From a virus (lineage: Duplodnaviria > Caudoviricetes): a stretch of DNA of 64,000 bases. The stretch lies in IMG/VR virus record IMGVR_UViG_3300044655_001017, one strand, 5' to 3'. The position numbers and the translations under genes were made by a program. Shown here in pieces: positions 42,983-50,588 of this stretch. Under the pieces are notes generated by a model that was not told the DNA's origin, searched no databases, and was given only the letters and a program-made list of their open reading frames with translations. Within the stretch, counting starts at the first letter, position 1, and each line of letters opens with the position of its first letter.

Positions 42983-43309
42983 AGTAGTAAGCACGCTGTT
43001 GTTGTTTAGTAAGTGCATAGTATAGCACGTTTAAAAATAATTGCAAGCTTTATTTGTATATTGTTTTCCGGTTGCCCAACACCTGCGAAGCCGGGGGGGG
43101 GGGGTGGTTGGTCGGTCTGTCCGATTGCCTAGCGGTCTAGTCCGGCTCTGTGGTGTGCATAGTATAGCACGTTTGTGTTGTAATTGCAAGCACTTTTTTA
43201 TTTAATTTTAGCATAGTAGTTTGCACGCTGTAGTTGTTTAAGTAGTGCATAGTATAGCATAGTTAAAACAAAAACGCAAGCACTTTTTACAGTGCTTGCG
43301 CTTGCTATG

Positions 43310-43693
43310 TTATTTAAGCACTGCTATTATTTGCACGTTATTAGTGCTTAATTCGTCTTGTGCATTGCTTTGCTCTTGTGCATTAAACTTATTTACAAAA
43401 GCTTGCATTGCACTATTTTGTTGCTCGTTATGATGTTCGCCTTGTTGTAGTGCAACAAGTGTTGCAGCTAATTCCGTGCATTGCACGTTTAAAGTGTAAA
43501 ATACTATATCGCTATGCTCTTTTGTTGCTAAAAGCGTGCTTACGCGTGCTTGCGCTGTTTTATCTGTAAAGCGTACTTTATAACCTATTGTCGCTTTAAC
43601 GTGCAAGCTTGCGCCTACTGCTATTACTTTTTTAGTGCTTGCGTTAATGCTGTTAACTACAATGTTTTGCACGCTAATGTTGCTGTTTGTCAT
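43310..43693 (-). CDS. Early protein, KVRF...HSDI family, copy 2
   Basis: GGAGCG RBS, tandem promoters, terminator 43274-43300. Confidence 0.7.
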   Translation of the reverse strand: MTNSNISVQNIVVNSINASTKKVIAVGASLHVKATIGYKVRFTDKTAQARVSTLLATKEHSDIVFYTLNVQCTELAATLVALQQGEHHNEQQNSAMQAFVNKFNAQEQSNAQDELSTNNVQIIAVLK

Positions 43694-43975
43694 TTTCTCG
43701 CTCCGAGTGTTGCACTAAAATAGTGCTATTAGTTAATACTGCTGTTTGTTACTACAAGTGCTATTATACGCTGTTTATTTGCACTTGTAAAGCGTTTTTT
43801 TAAAATACTTTTAAAACGCTTTTTTGTTGCACTGCTTTACTACAAAAACTATTATACGCTTTTTTGCGTAAATGTAAAGCGTTTTTTTATTTTATTTTTT
43901 GCTTGCATTTACTGTTTTATTGTGTTATAATAGCGCAAGCGTAAAGCCCGCGCTACCGGTTCTCTCTATACCGCC

Positions 43976-44173
43976 TTACCTCATATCGCTGTCCGCCGCT
44001 TTATCACAGCGTGTCGCATATCCGGTGAGCACCGACTCATTCAACTTATCGAGGAGTTGAACTTCCATTGCCCGGTGTTGTTGGCACTCAGCTAGTGTTG
44101 GATATATGAATGTGTTATCAATTTCCTGCGCCCCAATAAACATCATCACTTTCAATATATATAATGCTTCCAT
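43976..44173 (-). CDS. Small early protein (65 aa)
   Basis: Promoter 44221-44249, GGAGCA RBS. Confidence 0.6.
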   Translation of the reverse strand: MEALYILKVMMFIGAQEIDNTFIYPTLAECQQHRAMEVQLLDKLNESVLTGYATRCDKAADSDMR

Positions 44174-44264
44174 TGTTCTTGCTCCGCTTGTTACGTTAGC
44201 TTTATTGCTAACTTGCATATAGTATAGCAAACTATTAAACTATATGCAAGTGTTTTGTTTTCGA

Positions 44265-44438
44265 CTAGTCCACTAATGCACTTGCTCTAAGATCCACAAA
44301 GTTCGCATACTTCATTGTGTCTTTTGTTTCTCTGCGCTCACGTAGTAGTGCAGTCCGGGCACGCTCGACTTCTCTGCGGGTCTGTACACCAATTAGTCTT
44401 GCGCTCAACACTGCCGTATATTCTTGTACCGGTTTCAT
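44265..44438 (-). CDS. Small basic early protein (57 aa, MKPVQEYTAV...)
   Basis: AGGAG RBS; absent from ORF track. Confidence 0.55.
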   Translation of the reverse strand: MKPVQEYTAVLSARLIGVQTRREVERARTALLRERRETKDTMKYANFVDLRASALVD

Positions 44439-44501
44439 TCTATGCTCCTAATGGTTTCAAAAGTTCGTTGTTGTCAGCACGTCCATGTGCCCTGTGTTAG
44501 T

Positions 44502-44801
44502 TTATAGTCCGTACATTTCAGCTACGCTGTTTGCCACACGTCCGTCGTTACCCCATTGTACTTTAATGCAACCCGGATGTTCATTGCCCAGTGCTGCCAA
44601 CTTAGCAAGTGCCAATTCCCAGTTGTTTAGTTTGTCTACTGGTTTCGGAGCGTCAGCACTTGTAAAGTAGTTAGCTGGTGGTACCTTACGTTCCGGAACA
44701 TTGCTTTTACTTGTTTTCACTTTGCCGCCTGCTTCCAAAAACGCTTGTACTGCATTGTTTGTTGCTGTGTTTTTTGCTTGTTTGTTTGTATTAGTAAACA
44801 T
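44502..44801 (-). CDS. Early protein with SutA-like RNAP-binding motif
   Basis: NAVQAFLEAGGKVKTS. Confidence 0.55.
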   Translation of the reverse strand: MFTNTNKQAKNTATNNAVQAFLEAGGKVKTSKSNVPERKVPPANYFTSADAPKPVDKLNNWELALAKLAALGNEHPGCIKVQWGNDGRVANSVAEMYGL

Positions 44802-44976
44802 AATTTGCACGCTGTAGTAGTGTTAACAGTTAAACGTTATTGCTTAACTTGCATATAGTATAGCAAAGCAAAACTGGTATGTAAAGCGTTTTTTTTAAGT
44901 GTTGTTTCCATTGTGCCCACGCGTGTACACATAAACAGCGGGGCCTTTTCGGCACTTCCCTGTGCCGTTGTATCCG

Positions 44977-45318
44977 TTATAGTCCCGATCCGCATAAGCA
45001 GTTATACACAAACTCAGCATCCTGTAATGCCACATTGTTTATGTAATCCACTAAGTCCTTGTGCTCCTCTACTTCCTCTACAAACGCTTGTACCGCAGCA
45101 TCATCGTTCCACAAGTCATCATGTGCTTCGTAATGTCTGTTGTATATTGTTACCATTTGCGCAATTATATGCACCGGATGTTCAGTAGTGCCCCACTCCT
45201 CCGCATAGTTCTCGTCCGCCAACATAAACACTGTACTTGTTACGCTGGGAGTTAGCGGGTACTTGCTTGTGTTTGCGTTTGCTGTGTTAATTTTTGTTGC
45301 TGTAGTAGTATTTTGCAT
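44977..45318 (-). CDS. Early acidic protein, tandem duplicate A
   Basis: YNRHYEAHDDLWNDDAA shared with 45487..45834. Confidence 0.7.
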   Translation of the reverse strand: MQNTTTATKINTANANTSKYPLTPSVTSTVFMLADENYAEEWGTTEHPVHIIAQMVTIYNRHYEAHDDLWNDDAAVQAFVEEVEEHKDLVDYINNVALQDAEFVYNCLCGSGL

Positions 45319-45486
45319 AGTTAGCACGCTGTAGTTATAAGTTAGCTTAATTGCTAACTTGTACATATTATAGCACGTTTAAACATTTTGTAAAGCGTTT
45401 TTTTAAGTTTTGTTTTCGCTGTTACCATACGCGTGTACACATAGCAGCGGGGCCTTTCCGAGCACGTCCATGTGCTCTGTGTTATC

Positions 45487-45834
45487 TTACAAGCCCGAGC
45501 AACATAAGCAATCATACACAAACACTGTGTTCTGTAATGCCACATTGTTTATGTAATCCACTAACTTCGCATTGTCCTCAACTTCCTCTATACACGCTTG
45601 CATCGCAGCATCATCGTTCCACAAGTCATCATGTGCTTCGTAATGTCTGTTGTATATCTCTGCTATCTTTAATACTATGTGTGTCGGATGTGTCGTTGTG
45701 CTCCACTCCTCCGCAAAGCTCGCATCCGCCAACAGTGCCAGCACACTTGTTTTGCTCGGATAGTACCCGGGCAATTTGCTTGTGTTTACGTTTTGTGTGT
45801 TAATTTTTGTTGCTGTAGTAGTATTAGTTTGCAT
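45487..45834 (-). CDS. Early acidic protein, tandem duplicate B
   Basis: Paralogue of 44977..45318 including promoter and 3' elements. Confidence 0.7.
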   Translation of the reverse strand: MQTNTTTATKINTQNVNTSKLPGYYPSKTSVLALLADASFAEEWSTTTHPTHIVLKIAEIYNRHYEAHDDLWNDDAAMQACIEEVEDNAKLVDYINNVALQNTVFVYDCLCCSGL

Positions 45835-46013
45835 AATAAGCACGCTGTAGTAGTGTTAACAGTTAAGCGTTATTGCTTAACTTGTACATAGTATAACACG
45901 TTTAAACATTTTGTAAAGCGGTATTTTAGAGTATTGTTTCCGACATAACCGGGGGGGGGGTGGTCGGTCGGTCTGTCAGATTGCTTGGCACTTCCCTGTG
46001 CTCGATATATCAG

Positions 46014-46385
46014 TTATGCCATTATGCTCGCTACTTCAGTGTATCGTTGTTTCAATCTTTCGATCATATGGAGTAAGTCGACATTAAAGACTAAGTCATA
46101 TACATCGCTTTCCGTTGTACTCACTATACCAATTGCACTCGTGTAATGGAGTTGTTCGACTATAGTCGTTACAGTCGTTACATCTATTTTCAATTGTTTC
46201 GATACTTCGGCTAGTAACACTTTCGAAACTGTCTTGCGATCTCTGTCCGCTAGTCTATGAAACCCTTTTGCCAACATCCTTGCAACATCGGTATTTTGGC
46301 GTATCGTTGCACCAATGCTATCGTTATGCTCGTGTAACTCGTTTAAAAACTTAATATGGTTTCTCAATACTGTTTGGATAATCAT
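46014..46385 (-). CDS. Hypothetical early protein
   Basis: 123 aa, GGAGCG RBS. Confidence 0.65.
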   Translation of the reverse strand: MIIQTVLRNHIKFLNELHEHNDSIGATIRQNTDVARMLAKGFHRLADRDRKTVSKVLLAEVSKQLKIDVTTVTTIVEQLHYTSAIGIVSTTESDVYDLVFNVDLLHMIERLKQRYTEVASIMA

Positions 46386-46450
46386 TATGCGCTCCAGTTA
46401 ATCAGTTAAGTACGCGCATACTCGATATATGCGCGTGTAAACAGCGGGGT

Positions 46451-46717
46451 CTATTGGCGTGCTTTGATTGCCGATTGCACCTGCTTGTTCAACAGCCCAA
46501 TTGCCGCTAGCTCCTCTTTAGCTTGTTCCCATGTGTATCGTTGTTTCTCTACTACAACTACGCGGGGAGTATGGACTTGTGATACTGTAGTGCGTCCTCT
46601 GCGTCCTGTTTTAGTTGTTTTAATTGCTCCTCCGGTTGCTAAGAACATTGCCACGCGAGCCGCTAACTCCGCTGCTTGTTGTTGTTTAACTTCGTTGTTC
46701 ATAATACCTGTTGCCAT
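46451..46717 (-). CDS. Early protein with SutA-like RNAP-binding motif
   Basis: LAARVAMFLATGGAIKTT; GGAGCG RBS. Confidence 0.55.
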   Translation of the reverse strand: MATGIMNNEVKQQQAAELAARVAMFLATGGAIKTTKTGRRGRTTVSQVHTPRVVVVEKQRYTWEQAKEELAAIGLLNKQVQSAIKARQ

Positions 46718-46878
46718 TATACACGCTCCGCTTTATCGTTAATGTCAGTTTCTTCAGTTTGCTCACAATCCCAACATGGTTCAAGCTCATCTGTTTCCAT
46801 GTTGTATAGTACAGTCAAGTCCCCACACGTAGTGCAATACGCGCGTAGTGGGTAAGTGTTTTTGTATTGTACTTGCAT
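46717..46878 (-). CDS. Small Zn-ribbon-like protein (53 aa)
   Basis: CTTC...CWDC; promoter 46912-46940. Confidence 0.55.
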   Translation of the reverse strand: MQVQYKNTYPLRAYCTTCGDLTVLYNMETDELEPCWDCEQTEETDINDKAERV

Positions 46879-46983
46879 AATTTTTACACGCTGTTTTGTT
46901 AATGTGTGCATATTATAGCATTGTAACACGCGCATTGCAAGTAGTTTGTTAACCGCAATGCGCGTGTACATAAGCAGCGGGGC

Positions 46984-47400
46984 CTATACGGTAGTTACGA
47001 GCAACAAGTTGTCCAACACATCCGCTTTAGCTCTGTATACCATGTTGCCGTGTCTCGTATGCTCAATTACAATCCCATTTGCCTCACACCACAAGTCCAA
47101 ACGCGCTGCTCTTAAGCTCACTTTATCTTTAAACTGTGGTTTGTTGACTTTAACGGCAATAAACTTTTTTCTGTAGTTCATAAACACGTTGCTCTGTATA
47201 TACACATCCTCAATGTGTGCTAACAACGCTTCCCCTGCGCTCAATTGCACTAAGCTATACAAACTCTCATTCTCAGCGTCTCTGCGTTTAATATCCTCTA
47301 AGCACACGTAAGCTGGAAGTTTGACGTCATCCGATGTGTGTGATACAGCGTGTACAATAGCAGTAGCTGTGTTTTTGAGTAATTTAGTAGTTGTTGACAT
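46984..47400 (-). CDS. Hypothetical early protein
   Basis: 138 aa, GGAGCG RBS, own promoter. Confidence 0.65.
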   Translation of the reverse strand: MSTTTKLLKNTATAIVHAVSHTSDDVKLPAYVCLEDIKRRDAENESLYSLVQLSAGEALLAHIEDVYIQSNVFMNYRKKFIAVKVNKPQFKDKVSLRAARLDLWCEANGIVIEHTRHGNMVYRAKADVLDNLLLVTTV

Positions 47401-47505
47401 ATGATACGCTCCGAAAGTTATGTTAAGTTTTAAACAGTTAGCTGTTTTGCTAACTTGTACATATTATAGCAAACTAAGTACAAGTTAGCAAGTGATATTT
47501 TTGAA

Positions 47506-47694
47506 CTATAGTTCCACTAGCTCGCCGCGTGCTACTGCGTCCGCAGCTTCTAGTTCCTCTTTATAGAACTTGTTGATAGCATTGTTTGTTTCGAGATACG
47601 ATTTGGAGTTTTTGGCTTGTGTACGCAATTGGCGTGTGAGCATGTTAATGTATTTGATACGCGCGGCGCTTGTGATGTAAAGTATTTTTTGCAT
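47506..47694 (-). CDS. Small early protein, NSKxYLE family
   Basis: NSKSYLETNNAINKFY; paralogous to 48161..48418. Confidence 0.6.
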   Translation of the reverse strand: MQKILYITSAARIKYINMLTRQLRTQAKNSKSYLETNNAINKFYKEELEAADAVARGELVEL

Positions 47695-47793
47695 AATATA
47701 CACGCTATAGTTATAAGTTAGCTTAATTGCTAACTTGTACATATTATAGCAAACTATATACAAGTTAGCAAATGGTATTTTAGAACTTTGTTT

Positions 47794-48066
47794 TCACCCT
47801 TCCGGATAGCAACCAGCTTCCATCATTGCATAGATAACTCGTTCTCTTGGTAGAGTATCTTGATATACCAGCGAGTTGATTAACTGATCGTAGTCGCCGC
47901 TTTTCATATAACTGATTAAACACTTTTGGTTGTACTTGCCATCTTCAATTGCCAAGTCCATAAAGTCCCACTCATCTGCTTCGGCATACTCTTTTGCTTG
48001 AGCATTGAAGTCGGTAACACATTGTTTGAGGGTAGCGATTACAACAGGATTAGTAGTGTTTGGCAT
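47794..48066 (-). CDS. Hypothetical early protein
   Basis: 90 aa, own promoter. Confidence 0.65.
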   Translation of the reverse strand: MPNTTNPVVIATLKQCVTDFNAQAKEYAEADEWDFMDLAIEDGKYNQKCLISYMKSGDYDQLINSLVYQDTLPRERVIYAMMEAGCYPEG

Positions 48067-48160
48067 AGTAGTTTACACGCTGTAGTAGTTAAGTAAGTGT
48101 ATATTATAAAGCATTGCAGGCGGTTTGTAAAGAACTTTGTTAACCGCCTGCCGGTATATA

Positions 48161-48418
48161 CTACGCGGCTTCTAATTGCGCCAATGCAAACGCTTCATCA
48201 AGTGCCATCTCCGCAATGTATATACGGTTTAACTGAGTGTTGGCTTCCAGGTAAGCTTTGGAGTTAACACGCGCGGCACTGATTTGAGAGCGGAGCGAAC
48301 GGATTTGGCGGGCGGTCGCTTCCGATACAAGGCGCTTTGGCTTTTGGGCAGCTGCCTCCGCTTCGGCTTGCTTGTGTGCTTTAAGTTTGGCTGCTAACGA
48401 TACATTGTATTTTGACAT
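48161..48418 (-). CDS. Small early protein, NSKxYLE family
   Basis: NSKAYLEANTQLNRIY. Confidence 0.6.
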   Translation of the reverse strand: MSKYNVSLAAKLKAHKQAEAEAAAQKPKRLVSEATARQIRSLRSQISAARVNSKAYLEANTQLNRIYIAEMALDEAFALAQLEAA

Positions 48419-48587
48419 AGTAGTTTACACGCTTGTTGTTAAGTAAGTGCATATTATACTATAGTATGCACTGGTTGTCAAGAACTTTATATTCACCCGC
48501 GCTCGCACACGCGTAAACAGCGGGGTCTATCCGGGGGGGGGGAGGTCGGTCGGATTGGCCGGTTATTCGCTGCCCCCAATCTATCGG

Positions 48588-48761
48588 TTACTCATCGTCC
48601 CATATGTCGTCCCAGTCTATTGGTGTGTAGGCATCATCTATATCGTCTCCCCAGTCTTCGTCCATTCCTGCAAAGAACTCTTTTCGCTCTTGCATTAAGG
48701 TCGCACCGCGTGTTTGAAGTATTGCTAACTGCTCTCTTAAGTTTTGCTCTATAGCTTCCAT
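48588..48761 (-). CDS. 57-aa protein with highly acidic Asp/Trp tail
   Basis: ...DEDWGDDIDDAYTPIDWDDIWDDE; GGAGC RBS; absent from ORF track. Confidence 0.6.
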   Translation of the reverse strand: MEAIEQNLREQLAILQTRGATLMQERKEFFAGMDEDWGDDIDDAYTPIDWDDIWDDE

Positions 48762-48825
48762 AACAGCTCCGACTAATTAGTTAAGTCGCCCCGCCATACA
48801 CACATATGCAGCGGGGCCTATTACT

Positions 48826-49179
48826 CTATGCTACTGCTAACTCAGCTTCCAGTGCATCTGCTGCTGCCGCGTAGTCCACTTCCTCAACTACTACACTTTG
48901 TGGAGCAACCACTGTGTACTTGCTAAAGAAGTCATCGAATGCTTGTTGTGCATCTAAGTCCTCTAACTCTGTGTAGTTCTTAATTGCCATTGCTGCATCA
49001 TACTTGGTCATTGCACCGTCTAGCGCAAACAATCTAATGTCTGTGTGTCCATTGCGTTGTAACACTTTCACACGATCCGCTTTGTTAGCAAATCGTACTT
49101 TGTACACACCATTTAAGTTGCTGATGCCAGCGAAAGTAAATGTTTTTTCAACTGCAGTAACTGTGATTAAGTTTGACAT
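48826..49179 (-). CDS. Early protein, KVRF...HTDI family, copy 3
   Basis: KVRFANKADRVKVLQRNGHTDIRL; GGAGCG RBS. Confidence 0.7.
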   Translation of the reverse strand: MSNLITVTAVEKTFTFAGISNLNGVYKVRFANKADRVKVLQRNGHTDIRLFALDGAMTKYDAAMAIKNYTELEDLDAQQAFDDFFSKYTVVAPQSVVVEEVDYAAAADALEAELAVA

Positions 49180-49273
49180 ATTGTACGCTCCAAAAAATAG
49201 AAAAGTTAAGTTGTTTTACTGCTAGTTAGCTAACGCGCTTGTTAGCTAACTTGTTACATATTATACAGCATTT

Positions 49274-49507
49274 TTAAAACATTGCAAGCATTTTGTTTTC
49301 TCTTGCTTCAAGTATTGCATCAATACGCGCCTCAACACTCTCTGCGCTCTCAAGTGTTGTCCAGCCGCCGTTGTTGTGGCGTCCATCTTGTACTGAAGTT
49401 TCCATAATTCCTGTGTTTCTATTTTTATACTCCGACACTGTGATAGTAGTGTTAAAGTAGATAGTAACGATGTTGTTGCTTGTTGTAGTAATTTTTAATT
49501 TATACAT
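49274..49507 (-). CDS. Hypothetical early protein (77 aa)
   Basis: Own promoter, GGAGCG RBS; 3' end carries next -35 box. Confidence 0.6.
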   Translation of the reverse strand: MYKLKITTTSNNIVTIYFNTTITVSEYKNRNTGIMETSVQDGRHNNGGWTTLESAESVEARIDAILEARENKMLAMF

Positions 49508-49577
49508 AATACGCGCTCCGCATTGTTGTTTAACTTGTACATAGTATAGCAAACTTATTTTGGTTTGTAAAGAAGTT

Positions 49578-49667
49578 TTAAATCACTAGCTCATACCAGT
49601 TCAATACAGCGATTGCGCTCAATAATACGATAGTAGTGAATACTGCGAATGTGTGTATAAACGACAT
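49578..49667 (-). CDS. 29-aa hydrophobic peptide
   Basis: TTGACA promoter and AGGAGC RBS; single TM-like stretch. Confidence 0.45.
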   Translation of the reverse strand: MSFIHTFAVFTTIVLLSAIAVLNWYELVI

Positions 49668-49737
49668 TTTGTTTGCTCCTCATATATATAGTACACGCAT
49701 AGTATAGCAAACTACATACAGGTTGTCAACTGGTTTG

Positions 49738-50304
49738 TTACTCGGTGTATGCCGCCATTACCAATCCCACATAGTTCTGAGTCTCCGGATATGGTGGAAC
49801 CTTATTCTTATGCCGCATCACCGCATGCTCGCCCGCATTGTAACCGGCTACTGCTAGTTTGGTATCTTTGAATGTATCGAGCAAGAACCTTAGGAACCGA
49901 ACTCCACCTTCAATGTTCTGTCTTTCATCCATCCGATCACTCACTCCAAATCGCTCTGCCGTTGCCGGCATCAGCTGCATCAATCCAGCCGCACCTTTCT
50001 TACTTACAGCCGATTTGCGATATGTACTTTCCGTTTTAATGACTGCATGTACCAACTTCTCATCCACTCCATACTTCTTTGCAGCGATATGAACATAGTG
50101 ATTGACTTCCCATCGGGTTAATGGTTTGGTCTCCGGTTTCGCTACTATAGTAGTATGAACAACTGGTTTGGCTGCAGTATTGATCTCAACCGGATGATCT
50201 GTTAACCAAACTCGCCCATCCGCTCCCGTATATCTATATACATCCGCATTCACCGGCATTACTACTATAGTAGCGAGAATGGCAGCGCGGATCATTTGGC
50301 GCAC
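49738..50304 (-). CDS. Lytic transglycosylase (SLT) with signal peptide and DUF4124-like N-domain
   Basis: AVIKTES catalytic Glu, GAAGLMQLMP, AGYNAGE, PPYPETQNYV; DVYRYTGADGRVWLTD. Confidence 0.92.
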   Translation of the reverse strand: MRQMIRAAILATIVVMPVNADVYRYTGADGRVWLTDHPVEINTAAKPVVHTTIVAKPETKPLTRWEVNHYVHIAAKKYGVDEKLVHAVIKTESTYRKSAVSKKGAAGLMQLMPATAERFGVSDRMDERQNIEGGVRFLRFLLDTFKDTKLAVAGYNAGEHAVMRHKNKVPPYPETQNYVGLVMAAYTE

Positions 50305-50588
50305 TCTGCTGCGAACTTAACCATTGCTGCATACTCTGGATTGGCTACAGCGGTGACTACATGAGTAAGTAAATGAGCAATCATTGTAATCCCACCGATC
50401 CATGCTACGATCATTACACATGCATAGGTAAACGCATCCGATCCATTGAACTCATCTTTTAATAACTTAAACAGATAGTATGATCCAGCTAATACTCCAG
50501 ATATTACTACTATAGCGGCAATGTCTGGAATGGTGTCTATAATAGCTTGCTTTGCCAATAACTCTTGTGGTACATTGCATAACTTCAT
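50292..50588 (-). CDS. Two-TM membrane protein
   Basis: 98 aa, own promoter, GGAGCG RBS. Confidence 0.6.
   Translation of the reverse strand: MKLCNVPQELLAKQAIIDTIPDIAAIVVISGVLAGSYYLFKLLKDEFNGSDAFTYACVMIVAWIGGITMIAHLLTHVVTAVANPEYAAMVKFAAECAK

Noticed and set aside
40492-47800. UV-dimer avoidance or general restriction-site avoidance as cause of the bias
   Set aside because: TT and CT are abundant, and palindromes such as GCGC, CGCG, TGCA, GTAC and AGCT are common in the same tracts.
40492-47800. Alternative genetic code or stop-codon reassignment
   Set aside because: Core genes translate full-length with TAA, TAG and TGA as stops; early ORFs end at standard stops next to terminators.
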